Of a stretch of 51,491 bases of DNA, positions 26,895 through 36,408 are shown piece after piece. The position numbers and the translations under genes are program-made. Position 1 is the stretch's first letter. Every line of letters starts with the position of its first letter. Source of the stretch: a virus (Duplodnaviria; Caudoviricetes); the IMG/VR virus record IMGVR_UViG_3300033475_000033, positions 1-51,491 of that record. One strand, given 5' to 3'. The notes below the pieces were generated by a model, which was given only the letters and a program-made list of their open reading frames with translations, made no database searches and was not told the DNA's origin.

Positions 26895-27257
26895 TCATTC
26901 GGCGACGGTGCGCCACGTCCCGGTGTCGTCGTCCGGCATCGGCGACATGTCGTCGAGCTCCAGCAGCAGCTCGGCCAGGTGCGACAGTTCCGCCTCGTGC
27001 GCGTACAGGCGGGCGTACACGTACGGCTCCGAGGTGGCGCACAGGTTCCGGATGGCCTCGGCCTGCTCGGCGCGCGATGGGCCGGGCGGGAAGCCGGGGG
27101 CGTCCGCCCGCGCGGGCGGGGCGGTGAACGGGCGCAGGACCCAGGTGTGGACCGCGTACGTCGCCAGTGTCAGGACGCCGAGCACGGCGGCGACGGCGAG
27201 CATGCAGGCGGCGAGCCACAGGCCGTCACGCAGCAGCTGCGACAGGAGCGCGCTCAC
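26895..27257 (-). CDS. hypothetical membrane protein
   Basis: N-terminal TM; GTGA overlap. Confidence 0.55.
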   Translation of the reverse strand: MSALLSQLLRDGLWLAACMLAVAAVLGVLTLATYAVHTWVLRPFTAPPARADAPGFPPGPSRAEQAEAIRNLCATSEPYVYARLYAHEAELSHLAELLLELDDMSPMPDDDTGTWRTVAE

Positions 27258-27613
27258 GACGGCACCGACTCGGCCTCGACGGGCTTCGGCACGGGCGGCA
27301 TGTGCAGCGGCGACCACGTCAGATGCGAGTCGATCTCCGACGCGCACGCCGCCCACCCGTCCACGTAGCCCTGCTGGTACTGCTCGTCATCATTGAATGC
27401 GCCCGTCAGTAGCGCAGTGACTGGGCAGCCGATCGCCTTGGCGAGCCGTAGCAGCACGTCCAGCGACACGAGCCGGTTTCCGTGCTCGATCATCGACATG
27501 GCGGCGCGGGAGATGCCGATCTGCTCGGCGAGCGCACCGGACTGCTTGAACCGCTTCGTGCGCTCGGCGGCGACGTTCTCGCCGATCAGCTTCGCCAGGT
27601 CCTCGCGCGTCAT
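27254..27613 (-). CDS. XRE-family HTH protein
   Basis: IGENVAAER..LAEQIGISRAAMSMIEHG..LLRLAKAIGC. Confidence 0.85.
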   Translation of the reverse strand: MTREDLAKLIGENVAAERTKRFKQSGALAEQIGISRAAMSMIEHGNRLVSLDVLLRLAKAIGCPVTALLTGAFNDDEQYQQGYVDGWAACASEIDSHLTWSPLHMPPVPKPVEAESVPS

Positions 27614-28803
27614 GCCGCAGCCTCCTGCGGTGCATCCATCTGCCGGGACACGCCCCGCGACCAGGCGGCGTCTGCCTTCAGCGCGTCCTCCTTGTGGCCA
27701 CCCGCCTCCCGCAACCGCTTCGCCGCCGCCCCGCCGATCGCACCAGCCGTCAACGCCGCAGCCGCCTGACGCCGCGCCTCCGCGAGCTCCACAGGCGTCC
27801 CGGCCGACTCGATCAGGTCCCGCAGATCCGCCTCCACCCGCTCCGGATCCGACTCCGGGTCCGTCGCGGCCAGCCGGGCGGCCTCAGCCTGCGCCGACTG
27901 CTCCGGGTCCTCCACGACCTCCGCATCGGCCACGTAGTTCGGCTCCAACGTCATCCGCTCGATCAGGTCGGAGGCCTCACGCAACGTCAGATCCCGGCCG
28001 CTGGCCAGCTTCCGGCCCACCTGATCGCCCAGCACCTCCAGCCGCAGCGCCCGATTCACCGGATCGTTGCCCTCGATACCGCGCTTCTCGGCGACCAGGA
28101 TCACCAGCTTCGTCAGCTGCGCATCCGTCGCCGGCCGCGACGACGCGCTGCCGGGCATCGGGGCGAGCTCGAAGTCCGGGTCGATCGGGTTCCGGGGCGC
28201 GGCGTCCACGTACTGGCGCTCCCGCTGCTCTTTGCGCACCACCGCCTCGGCAGCGTCCTGCGGTGTAAGCAGTTCGCCGTCCTCATCGACCTCGGCACCC
28301 AGCTCCTCCGGGGTGTAATGCATGCCCATCAGGGCTTCCTCGCAGGCGTCGCGCGCACACTGGGTGATGGCGCGGGCCTTGAGCATCGACGCCGGGTACT
28401 TCTGCCACACCTCCTTGTTCGTCAGCTTCGCCGAGCGCGCGTCCTCGATCGTGTACGTGACTTCGAACGTGAAGTCGGGGTCGTCAGCGCGCACGATCTT
28501 GCAGGTGGCGGCCTTGGCGTCGCCGCGCACGCGCAGCTTGTGTCCGGCCCGGCGCACCAGCGCGGAGATCAGCGCGGCCGAGGCGGACGGTTTGCCTTCG
28601 ATCACATGCACGCCGGTGATCGCGGCCATCGGCGCAAGGCCGATCATCCGGCCGTACTCGATGGCGTACAGGACGTTCGCGGGCTGCTTGAAGTAGGCCT
28701 TGGGCAGCAGCCCCGAGTTGGCCAGCCGCTCGGCGTACAGCGCGGCGGCGTTCATGTCGGCCGCCGTCGGCAGCTCGGGCCGGCGCAGTTCCAGTTCCGT
28801 CAC
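27610..28803 (-). CDS. RecT-like single-strand annealing protein
   Basis: SGLLPKAY..PANVLYA..IHVIEGKP-like, WQKYPASMLKARAITQCAR. Confidence 0.75.
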   Translation of the reverse strand: MTELELRRPELPTAADMNAAALYAERLANSGLLPKAYFKQPANVLYAIEYGRMIGLAPMAAITGVHVIEGKPSASAALISALVRRAGHKLRVRGDAKAATCKIVRADDPDFTFEVTYTIEDARSAKLTNKEVWQKYPASMLKARAITQCARDACEEALMGMHYTPEELGAEVDEDGELLTPQDAAEAVVRKEQRERQYVDAAPRNPIDPDFELAPMPGSASSRPATDAQLTKLVILVAEKRGIEGNDPVNRALRLEVLGDQVGRKLASGRDLTLREASDLIERMTLEPNYVADAEVVEDPEQSAQAEAARLAATDPESDPERVEADLRDLIESAGTPVELAEARRQAAAALTAGAIGGAAAKRLREAGGHKEDALKADAAWSRGVSRQMDAPQEAAA

Positions 28804-29144
28804 TTCTCCCCCTCCTTCTGCTCTGCCGCCCTCGTGACGGCCTCGACGTATTGCCTCTGCTGCTCGGGTGTGCGGCACCAGGCAAGGCGCTTCCACCCCC
28901 ACGACCACCACTCGGGTTCCAGGTCGGACGCCGCGTCGATGACCAGGTGGTAGGGCAGCCACATGGGGACGGCGACCTTCCCCAGGCGTGCCAGGACCGG
29001 CTCCGCAGCGACCACGCCCCAGCGGCCGTCCGTGTCGCGCACGTGCATCCCTGGGCGCAGGTCGGCCGCCTGCACCCACTGGCCGATGTGCCGGGCGCCG
29101 GGCCGGCGAGTGGCCGTACCGGGACGGATACCAGCGGCGATCAC
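28800..29144 (-). CDS. hypothetical protein
   Basis: GTGA overlaps. Confidence 0.6.
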   Translation of the reverse strand: MIAAGIRPGTATRRPGARHIGQWVQAADLRPGMHVRDTDGRWGVVAAEPVLARLGKVAVPMWLPYHLVIDAASDLEPEWWSWGWKRLAWCRTPEQQRQYVEAVTRAAEQKEGEK

Positions 29145-29701
29145 GACGCACCTCCGGCGAGCACCGGCCGCCGCGTCAGCTCCGACGCCTCGAAGTGCCG
29201 GATCGCGCCGTTCCACGCGGGCAACGCGACCTCGAACCCGCCCTCCTCGTCCGGCTGCACGATCTCGCCGTCCAGGCCGTCGAAACGGTCCGCGGTGTGG
29301 ATCGTGACCTTCTCGCCGGAGTGCAGCCGGTCCGCGTCGTACACCTCGGCCGCCTCGGCCTCGATCGACTTCCGCGCCGCCAGAGCCTCCCGGCCGAGGC
29401 GCGTCTCCTCCCGGAAGTCCTCCATCTGCGCCTTGGTGATCGCGATCGCGAAGTAGTAGAGGGGCCCGAAGTGCAGACCCGCCTCCCAGTGCTCGCCATC
29501 GCCGTAGGGGTCATGCGGCTCGGCGCCCATGGCCAGCGCGGCCCGATCCACGAACGAGCGCTTCTCGTCGTCGGTGTCGCAGTGGCCGGATGCGCTGACC
29601 TGGATCTGGCAGCGATAGGCGGGCACGGGAACGTCGGGGTTGACGGTCAGGAAGTCGGCCAGGTCACGCAGGCCCGTGATGAACTCTCCGCGAGTGGTCA
29701 T
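29141..29701 (-). CDS. hypothetical protein
   Basis: ITGLRDLADFLTVNPDVPVP motif; coupled. Confidence 0.7.
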   Translation of the reverse strand: MTTRGEFITGLRDLADFLTVNPDVPVPAYRCQIQVSASGHCDTDDEKRSFVDRAALAMGAEPHDPYGDGEHWEAGLHFGPLYYFAIAITKAQMEDFREETRLGREALAARKSIEAEAAEVYDADRLHSGEKVTIHTADRFDGLDGEIVQPDEEGGFEVALPAWNGAIRHFEASELTRRPVLAGGAS

Positions 29702-29994
29702 GACGCCACCGCCCTCGCGCGCTCAGCCTCACTCGTAGTGCGAGTGAACAGCTCGTAGCCGTCGCCGACCGGAACCCCGACCGTACTGTCGTCGTCGAAT
29801 CGCAGATGCGCGACTGCGATCGGCCCTTTGATCTGGAGAGCATGGGCCACCGTGCGCCACGACTCAACGCCATCCTTCTGCCACTGGCCGATGTCGAACA
29901 CCTGCCATCCGGCGCGGATCCTCTCGGGCGCACGCCACCTGCCGATGTTCGGCATGGGCTGCCTCGTTGCGACCTGGGGCGTGTCGATGTTCAT
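29698..29994 (-). CDS. hypothetical protein
   Basis: ATGA overlaps. Confidence 0.65.
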   Translation of the reverse strand: MNIDTPQVATRQPMPNIGRWRAPERIRAGWQVFDIGQWQKDGVESWRTVAHALQIKGPIAVAHLRFDDDSTVGVPVGDGYELFTRTTSEAERARAVAS

Positions 29995-30545
29995 GACGCC
30001 ACCGCCGTTCCGGCCTTCGCCCGCGCGTCCATCTGAGCCAGCAGCGACGGCGTCAACATCGCCACCTGCTCCGTGCCGCCCTCCGCGTACGCCTCCGCCA
30101 GCACCCGGCCGTCCTCAGCCGCAGCCCACTCGTGCTGCCGCGCCACCATCCGCGCCAGGCGGGCATCAATCCGCGCCATCCGCTCGTCGTTCTCCACGGC
30201 CAGCTTCCGCCAGCCCGACGAAAGCACCTGCACGAGCTGGTCCAGGTCACGGGCAATCATCTGGAAACCGATCTGCACGAAACCCCTCACCAGCGACGGC
30301 CGCAACGGCATCGGCCGACCCATCCCCAGCCGATCCGCGAACGGCATCCGCCCGACGCCCTGCAGATCCTGCGGCTGCGCGTTGTGCGGCCGGTAGATGG
30401 GCAGCAGCTCGGTCGCGTCGTCGTCCTGACGGCGCACCACCTGCGCCACAGCACGCAACCGCGACGGACGCGACTCCTCGACCACCGGAGCACCGTCCGG
30501 GGTGATCACACGGCGATGACGCCGTGCAGTAGACTTGGTGAACAC
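29991..30545 (-). CDS. hypothetical protein
   Basis: AAGGGA RBS before GTG. Confidence 0.6.
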   Translation of the reverse strand: MFTKSTARRHRRVITPDGAPVVEESRPSRLRAVAQVVRRQDDDATELLPIYRPHNAQPQDLQGVGRMPFADRLGMGRPMPLRPSLVRGFVQIGFQMIARDLDQLVQVLSSGWRKLAVENDERMARIDARLARMVARQHEWAAAEDGRVLAEAYAEGGTEQVAMLTPSLLAQMDARAKAGTAVAS

Positions 30546-30576
30546 CAGACTTTCCCTTCTCGTAGGGTTGTCAGCG

Positions 30577-30599
30577 CGGCCCCCGCCCACCGGGGGCCG
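30577..30599 (-). terminator. 9-bp GC hairpin
   Basis: CGGCCCCCG-5-CGGGGGCCG after the cro/antirepressor genes. Confidence 0.5.
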
Positions 30600-30606
30600 T
30601 CGCGCA

Positions 30607-30795
30607 TTACTGGGCTTGCTGAAGCCGCGCCACAGCGGGCGCGAACAGGCGTCGCAGTTCAGCGACCTTCTCCGGCGACGGCTTCGGAGCCGCCGCCACC
30701 TGCGCGGCGATATCCGCCATCAACTCCGGGCCGAGCAGTTCGAGCGACCGCTCCTTCGACCACTCGCCGACATCCACGCCGGCCTCGACGCTCAC
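30607..30795 (-). CDS. hypothetical protein
   Basis: IAAQVAAAP.PSPE..AELRRLF motif; coupled. Confidence 0.65.
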   Translation of the reverse strand: MSVEAGVDVGEWSKERSLELLGPELMADIAAQVAAAPKPSPEKVAELRRLFAPAVARLQQAQ

Positions 30796-31622
30796 GACGC
30801 CACGCCCTGCTCGGACATCAGCGCCGGAAGCTGCGAGACGCCGCCGAGGAGCCTGTGCAGCTCCCCAAGGCCCTTCGGCGTGATTCGCACCTGCTGCGTG
30901 GCGACCAGCTCGTCCCGGTTCGGGTGCTCGTACGAGCGGGCCCGCACCGTGAGGCGGCCGCGAGTGATCTGCGCCTGGTAGGGCTGGTTGTGGCGGTCGA
31001 TCCAGCCGATTGCCCGCAGGTACTCGAACAGGCGCTTCTGCCCGGTCTGGATGCGCGGGTCGCGGTCGAGGATCTGGGCGGCCTCGCGGACGGAGTAGTC
31101 GCCGCTGGCCTCCATCAGCTCGTCGGCCATCCGTGCAGCCGGGGCGAGCTCAAGCACCTGGAACTCGGCGAACGCGCGGGCATTGCGCTCGGCCTCGAGG
31201 GCTTCCTCCGCCTCGATGACCATCAGGGCGAGTTCCTTGCGAGAGAGCTCGCGCGGCCGTGCAGTCTCGGCCTCGCGCGTCTTGACGGCGAAGTAGGTCT
31301 GCGCTTCGGCGATCTCCCGCTTTCGCGGATCGCCGTTCATCGCCACCAAATACGCGCCGTAGCGGGTTAGGACGAAGTCCTCGGCGTCTGGGCCGCTCGC
31401 GGAGACTTTGCGGGCGTCCGCAAAGTGGTCCGTGACCAGCGCGCCGCTGTTGATGCACGCTGCCTTCGCGCGTTCCACGGCGTTGGTGAAGTCGCGCCAT
31501 GCGGCATAGCCCATGACGGGCTGGAGGTCGCGCGCGGTCCAGTACTCGGAGCCGTTGATGCGCGTGCGGCGCATATCGTCGAACGGGCTCGACTGGGGCA
31601 GGAAGGGCTGGATCTCACTCAC
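30792..31622 (-). CDS. antirepressor (DinD/Bro-like N-term + KilAC)
   Basis: EYWTARDL..GY..W..F, MNGDPRKREIAEAQTYFA; C-terminal KRLFEYL..PYQ..ITPKG. Confidence 0.88.
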   Translation of the reverse strand: MSEIQPFLPQSSPFDDMRRTRINGSEYWTARDLQPVMGYAAWRDFTNAVERAKAACINSGALVTDHFADARKVSASGPDAEDFVLTRYGAYLVAMNGDPRKREIAEAQTYFAVKTREAETARPRELSRKELALMVIEAEEALEAERNARAFAEFQVLELAPAARMADELMEASGDYSVREAAQILDRDPRIQTGQKRLFEYLRAIGWIDRHNQPYQAQITRGRLTVRARSYEHPNRDELVATQQVRITPKGLGELHRLLGGVSQLPALMSEQGVAS

Positions 31623-31899
31623 TCGGGTGAACCTCCTCGCTGGCGCTGTCGCTAGACGTAGACGCCGTGGGCATGAAAAGCTCCTCCATGGGCACGCCGA
31701 GTGCCGCCGAAAGCCGTTGCGCGACAGCCTCGCTCACTGTGGCCCGTTCGCCGGTCAGTAGGTGCCCTACCGCCGACGGGCTGACTCTGGCCAGGTCGGC
31801 CAGGCTTCGGACGTTGTGTGGGACGACGCGCTGTGAGGCATCCACGCGCCGGCGTAGTTCGTCCCGGTCGCGGACTTGGTATGGATTGCGGTGGCGCAT
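31615..31899 (-). CDS. Cro-like HTH protein
   Basis: VRSLADLARVSPSAVGHLLTGER..LGVPMEELF; divergent from the repressor. Confidence 0.82.
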   Translation of the reverse strand: MRHRNPYQVRDRDELRRRVDASQRVVPHNVRSLADLARVSPSAVGHLLTGERATVSEAVAQRLSAALGVPMEELFMPTASTSSDSASEEVHPSE

Positions 31900-31913
31900 A
31901 GAGCTCCTTGTCT

Positions 31914-32003
31914 CTGTCGCTATACGTAGACGCTACCCCTACGCGCCCCCTCTCGTCAACACTTTCTGCTGGACGGCTCTTGTCTACGTCGCTATCCGTT
32001 GAC
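31914..32003. promoter_or_regulatory. immunity switch: cro promoter (TTGACG-18-TAGCGT) and GTCGCTA..CGT.GAC operators
   Basis: -35 at 31954-31959, -10 at 31930-31935; motif copies at 31914, 31988 and 31646. Confidence 0.65.
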
Positions 32004-32042
32004 AGAATGCCTACAAACAACCTCACAGTTGAAAGAGCCCCC

Positions 32043-32447
32043 ATGCCCGAGCAGGCCCCCACGCTGCGCGAGCTCATCCAAGATGCCCTTGACCATGGCG
32101 TCACTCTGCGCGAGCTCGCGGACAGAGCGGTTGACCCCGAGACCGCCGAGACCGTCAGCAAGGACACCATCAACAAGATCGCGCTCGGCCGGATTAACCG
32201 CATGCCGTACGAATCGCATCTGCGCGCGATCGCCAACGCCCTGCGCATCTCCTACGAGCATGTACGCCGCGCGGCCATCGCCCAATGGCTGCCCGGCACG
32301 TCCCCCGAGATCGCCGCCGCTCCAATCGACCTACGCGAATGGGCCAGCTGGACCGACGACGACCGCGACCTCGTCCTGCTCGCCGTCCGCTCAGCCAACG
32401 CGCGCGCCCGACGCGAAGGCGAACGCCGCCCCGGCGACGCCGCCTAA
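32043..32447 (+). CDS. immunity repressor (XRE HTH); alternative start 32007
   Basis: TLRELADRAVDPE..SKDTINKI..LRAIANAL..VRRAAIAQW; between cro and integrase. Confidence 0.8.
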   Translation: MPEQAPTLRELIQDALDHGVTLRELADRAVDPETAETVSKDTINKIALGRINRMPYESHLRAIANALRISYEHVRRAAIAQWLPGTSPEIAAAPIDLREWASWTDDDRDLVLLAVRSANARARREGERRPGDAA

Positions 32448-32484
32448 AAACACGGCGGGGTACGCATCACGCGCACCCCGCCGT
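32446..32484. terminator. terminator between convergent repressor and integrase
   Basis: ACGGCGGGGT/ACCCCGCCGT stem; A5 tract gives a U-tail on the minus strand. Confidence 0.75.
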
Positions 32485-32495
32485 CGGTGCCACCC

Positions 32496-33917
32496 TCAGT
32501 ACAGCCAATCCAGCACCACACGGCCCGGCTTGACTGTACGCACACCCTTCCCCGCAGGATTCACCCACGGCACCACCACCGCCCGCAGGATCGTGCGCTT
32601 CCACACCAGATCATCGCCGATCCGCTTCCACGCCCCACGCGCCCCCGGCCCCGCGATCTCCCGCAACGCCTTCGGCACCGACGCCGACTGCGCCCGCGAA
32701 CGCGCATCCTCGATCCGAGGCAGCAACTCCTGCTCCAACGACGCCAACGACGCCACCGACAACGCCAGGCGCCCGTTCACCCACCGGCCGGCCAGCTCCC
32801 GCGCCTCCGCCAACTGCGCCTCCAACGCCTGCGCCTGCGCCAACGCCGCCCGCGTCCCGTCCGTGTCCGGATCCGCCGTCAGCACGGCCGCGAACTCCTC
32901 AGTCCCGACATGCTCAAGCACCGCCTCGACGACGAGCCGATCCAGCACCTCGAGCCCGATACTCGTCTTGAAGCAGGTCACGCACGTGTACTTCAACCTC
33001 CCCTGGGCCGGCTGGACACGGTGGATCCCCTTGCACTGCGAGCAGCGGGCGATCCCCGAAAGCAGGTACTTCACAGAGTTGCCGTTCGCCGTCAGCCGCG
33101 CCGGGTCCGCGAACAGCCGCACGCACGCGTAATAGGTCTCCTCGTCCAGGATCGGCTCCCACTCCGCATCCCCGATCACGGAACCCTGATGCTGCCGCTT
33201 CCCGATGTACGTCGGCTTGACGAGCATGTCCGGTAGCACCTCCGGCGACCACGGGCGCCCCGTCGGGCCCGGCACGCCGCGCTCGTTCAGGTCCCGCGTG
33301 ATCCCGTACAGCGACTGGCCGGCCGCGGCACGCTGTGCGATCTCCCGCACGATCGGCGCCTGCGCCTCGTCCGGAACCTGCTCCATGAGCGCGCCCGTCC
33401 GCTCGTCGTACACGCGCCGGTAGCCGTACGGGATCCGGCCGTGCGGCCGCCCGCGCTCCGCGTTCAGCCTGACCGTGCGCCGGTTGCGGTCCCGGATCCT
33501 GTCGGCCTCCCCTTCGGCCTGGAGCGCGTCCTGCGCCGTACGCATCCGGTCCGCGGAGCGCGTCATGTCGTAGACGATGCCGTCGTAGCACAGCAGCACC
33601 CGGTTCTTCTCGCACAGCTTCCGCAGGGCCACGTACACTTCGAGATCGCGCGCGAGCCGCGAGGCCTCCCAGACCACGATCACGTCGCACTCGCCGCGCT
33701 CGACGCGCTCGACCATGCGCTCGAAGTCGTCCCGCTTCGCCTTGGCGTGGCGCGACGCGCTGCGGCCGGGGTCGGTGAACCGCGCCACGATGATCCAGCC
33801 CTGGTCCTGGCAGAATCGCTCATTCTCCAGGTTCTGATCTTTGTTCGCGCGCTCCGCCGCGAGGCCCTTCACGTCGCGTGACGTGCGGTCGTAGACGAAT
33901 GCCCGTAGCTGCTCCAT
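32496..33917 (-). CDS. int: large serine integrase
   Basis: YDRTS, D.GRSAS, SRLAR, PYGY, recombinase domain, CSQC..CVTC zinc ribbon and coiled coil. Confidence 0.95.
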   Translation of the reverse strand: MEQLRAFVYDRTSRDVKGLAAERANKDQNLENERFCQDQGWIIVARFTDPGRSASRHAKAKRDDFERMVERVERGECDVIVVWEASRLARDLEVYVALRKLCEKNRVLLCYDGIVYDMTRSADRMRTAQDALQAEGEADRIRDRNRRTVRLNAERGRPHGRIPYGYRRVYDERTGALMEQVPDEAQAPIVREIAQRAAAGQSLYGITRDLNERGVPGPTGRPWSPEVLPDMLVKPTYIGKRQHQGSVIGDAEWEPILDEETYYACVRLFADPARLTANGNSVKYLLSGIARCSQCKGIHRVQPAQGRLKYTCVTCFKTSIGLEVLDRLVVEAVLEHVGTEEFAAVLTADPDTDGTRAALAQAQALEAQLAEARELAGRWVNGRLALSVASLASLEQELLPRIEDARSRAQSASVPKALREIAGPGARGAWKRIGDDLVWKRTILRAVVVPWVNPAGKGVRTVKPGRVVLDWLY

Positions 33918-33938
33918 GGCCGAAGGATACTAGACACC

Positions 33939-33986
33939 TGTATGCCTGTCAGTTATTCTCGCCCGAGAACTTGTGGCAGACACATA
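33939..33986. other. putative attP of the serine integrase (central CC, 33962-33963)
   Basis: TTCTCG-CC-CGAGAA core plus imperfect outer inverted arms, about 20 bp upstream of int. Confidence 0.7.
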
Positions 33987-34124
33987 TGTCGCCACGACTG
34001 CCGGAGGGGAACCACCTTGAACGGAATCGGCCGGGGCCTGCCCTACGTCACACATCCGATGTTCACCCGATCAGGTGACCGCGCACTATGTCGCGCCATG
34101 GTGGACAAGCGGTAAACCGGTGGG

Positions 34125-34802
34125 GTGACTTTCGTAATCATCACACTTATCATCGCGTTCGGATCCACCCTGACCGGCCAACTCCGCCGTCTGACCCGCA
34201 GTCAGCGGCGCATGGAACGCGCCCAAGCCGCGCAGGCCACCGCGATCCGCATCCTGCTCGGCCTACCGCCCCTCGTGCCCGAGCAGCAGGAGCACACCGC
34301 GCCCGTGCTCACCCTCGTCAAGGGTGGCGCGGGCGCGGTGCTCGCGCTGCTCGTCTGGTCCCGCCGGCATTGGGCGCGCGCCGCAGGCGCCGGGATCGGC
34401 CTCGCCGCGGCAGCGGGGATCGCGTTCGTCCTCACCTTCGACCACGGGACACCGGCCGGGCCTGCGATAGGGCGCCGGTCGCCGTCCGCGGGAGTGACGG
34501 TGGGCCCGGGCCCGGGGCCGTCGCCGAGCCTCGGAGCGTCTTCGGCCGCATCCTCGAGGGCCCCGACGCTGGCGCCGTCATCCGGGGCGTCGTCTGTCGT
34601 CGTGCCGTCCTCGGCTGGGGTCACGTCGGGTCCGGGGGCTACGTCCGGGCCGGTCGTGTCCACGGCCGGGGCGCCGTCTGCGCCTGCCGCGTCCGGCATG
34701 CCGTCGTCGTCGCCTGTGAGCAGCCCCGTGCAGTCGCCGGCGCGCACGCCGTGCCTGGTGCGGATCCGGATGCCGCAGCGGTTGAACCTGTGCGTGCGGT
34801 GA
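34125..34802 (+). CDS. membrane protein with Pro/Ser-rich tail
   Basis: Several TM segments then a P/S/G low-complexity region; C-terminal Cys pair. Confidence 0.6.
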   Translation: MTFVIITLIIAFGSTLTGQLRRLTRSQRRMERAQAAQATAIRILLGLPPLVPEQQEHTAPVLTLVKGGAGAVLALLVWSRRHWARAAGAGIGLAAAAGIAFVLTFDHGTPAGPAIGRRSPSAGVTVGPGPGPSPSLGASSAASSRAPTLAPSSGASSVVVPSSAGVTSGPGATSGPVVSTAGAPSAPAASGMPSSSPVSSPVQSPARTPCLVRIRMPQRLNLCVR

Positions 34803-34841
34803 GGAGGTGCCGCAGCCCGCTGACGCGCTACCGTGCCTGGT

Positions 34842-35234
34842 ATGACTGAGCCCACCCGCATCTCGTACGACGTGCAGCGCGGCAAGCGCGACGACCTCAT
34901 CGCAGCCCTCATCGAGTTTGCCGACCACCGTGCCGAGCAAGGCAAGACGGCCCGTGCCGACGGCGCCCGGGCGGCCGCGCAGCAGCTGGCCGACGGGGCG
35001 GAGCGCGTGCGGTTCGAGTACACCGAGTACGTCGTGGATGCCGATCCGGGCCGCGGCGGCGTGCGGCAGGGCTCGCGGGAGTGGGTGCTGGCCGAGCTGG
35101 AGGAGGGCGGCGAGGCGTGGACGCACCACGGGAACCGGCTGCTGGCCATCGCGCATGCCGCCGCCATCAGGGAGATCGACGAAGGCGCGACGGAGGTCAC
35201 GGTCGGGCACCTGACCTATGTTGTCGTCGAGTGA
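34842..35234 (+). CDS. hypothetical protein with internal duplication
   Basis: TACCGT -10 seven nt before ATG; two similar halves ending in YVV. Confidence 0.65.
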   Translation: MTEPTRISYDVQRGKRDDLIAALIEFADHRAEQGKTARADGARAAAQQLADGAERVRFEYTEYVVDADPGRGGVRQGSREWVLAELEEGGEAWTHHGNRLLAIAHAAAIREIDEGATEVTVGHLTYVVVE

Positions 35235-35349
35235 TACTTGCCTGACTGCCCGTCAGCGCCTACGTTGGGTAGACAGCCCTTCAGGGCCCTGATGTTGATC
35301 AACCTCATAGACCCGCCGTGGACCGCCTGAGCGCGGAGAAGGCCACGCG

Positions 35350-35405
35350 AACGGACTTCGGCCCGGCGCATTGACCTTCGTCATCTGCGCCGGGCCGAAA
35401 CCGTT
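35350..35405 (+). other. long hairpin upstream of two small genes
   Basis: TTCGGCCCGGCGCA/TGCGCCGGGCCGAA 14-bp stem with inner TGAC/GTCA and outer AACGG/CCGTT pairs. Confidence 0.6.
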
Positions 35406-35431
35406 ACCTCGCCTAACAGGAAGCATAGACC

Positions 35432-35629
35432 ATGACCACGACCCAAGCGGACAGCTCTCGCGAGCTGGGAACGCCGCCGGACCGGGTGGAATCCCCGGCC
35501 ACGGGGGCCAGCATCGCATCCACCCGCGACCCGATCACCGGGCACGGCATCACAATCCGCGTGTACGACTACTGCCGCGAGCACGGCGCGCACACCGACC
35601 CGGAACTCACCTGCCGGGAGGGACTGTGA
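35432..35629 (+). CDS. small Cys/His protein
   Basis: AGGA RBS; YCREH..C. Confidence 0.5.
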   Translation: MTTTQADSSRELGTPPDRVESPATGASIASTRDPITGHGITIRVYDYCREHGAHTDPELTCREGL

Positions 35630-35829
35630 ATCGCCCCGAGCCGGAGGACGACCGGATCCCCGGGGACCACCTGACGCGCAAGGAGCGCGCGGCCCTGATC
35701 AACGAGAACCTGGCCAAGCCGCAGGTGCACCACCCGTCGTGCGTGTGCGGCTGCCAGAAGCGCAAGGAGGGGCCGGTGACGGGCAGGCGCGCCATGCCCG
35801 GTGGAACCGAACCAATCGGACCGCGGTAG
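35626..35829 (+). CDS. small Cys/His protein
   Basis: GTGA overlap, GGAGG RBS; HHPSCVCGC. Confidence 0.5.
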   Translation: MNRPEPEDDRIPGDHLTRKERAALINENLAKPQVHHPSCVCGCQKRKEGPVTGRRAMPGGTEPIGPR

Positions 35830-35996
35830 CCGCACGACTACCGATCACGCGGCGGCCGGTGTACCGTGACAAACCGTCAGTTTTCCTCGGAGGAACCCTG
35901 ACAAGGGCCAGTCGGGGGACCGGCCGCCGCTGCCAGGCAAATCGGCCGGACCGACCCGGCTGGCCCGCCACCAACAACCACGAGGGGGGAACCATC

Positions 35997-36371
35997 GTGA
36001 ACACCGAACCGCAAGACGCCATCCCCGCCGACCAGACCCCTGCCGCACCGGCCGCGCCCTCGAAGACGCAGCAGCGGATCGCGCAAGGCCGCTGGAACCT
36101 CTTCCGCACCGGGGCCCGCAACTTCCGCCTGATGATCAGCGAAGACGGCACCGAACTGTGGGAGCGCAGCCTGCTCAACGCCAGGCCGCACTACCCGGCC
36201 AAGGGCGCCAGGGCGCGCGCCGAAGACGGCGGTCGACGCCTCGTCGTGGTCGGGCCGACGTTCGAGCTCTCGATCGAAGTCCCGTCGGTGATCCGGAAGC
36301 GCACTCACGCGTTCGTCGCCGAGTTCAACACCTGGCAGAAGTCCGGCCAGCCCGGACCGGCCGTCTACTAG
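35997..36371 (+). CDS. hypothetical protein
   Basis: GAGGGGG RBS before GTG. Confidence 0.6.
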   Translation: MNTEPQDAIPADQTPAAPAAPSKTQQRIAQGRWNLFRTGARNFRLMISEDGTELWERSLLNARPHYPAKGARARAEDGGRRLVVVGPTFELSIEVPSVIRKRTHAFVAEFNTWQKSGQPGPAVY

Positions 36372-36408
36372 GCGAACGCCTGTTGGCGAAGGCTGCTATC
36401 GTGGGCGA

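Noticed and set aside
36372-36387. GCGAAC-GCCT-GTTGGC as another LexA-like box upstream of the ncRNA promoter
   Set aside because: Three mismatches including the GTTC core; too degenerate to count
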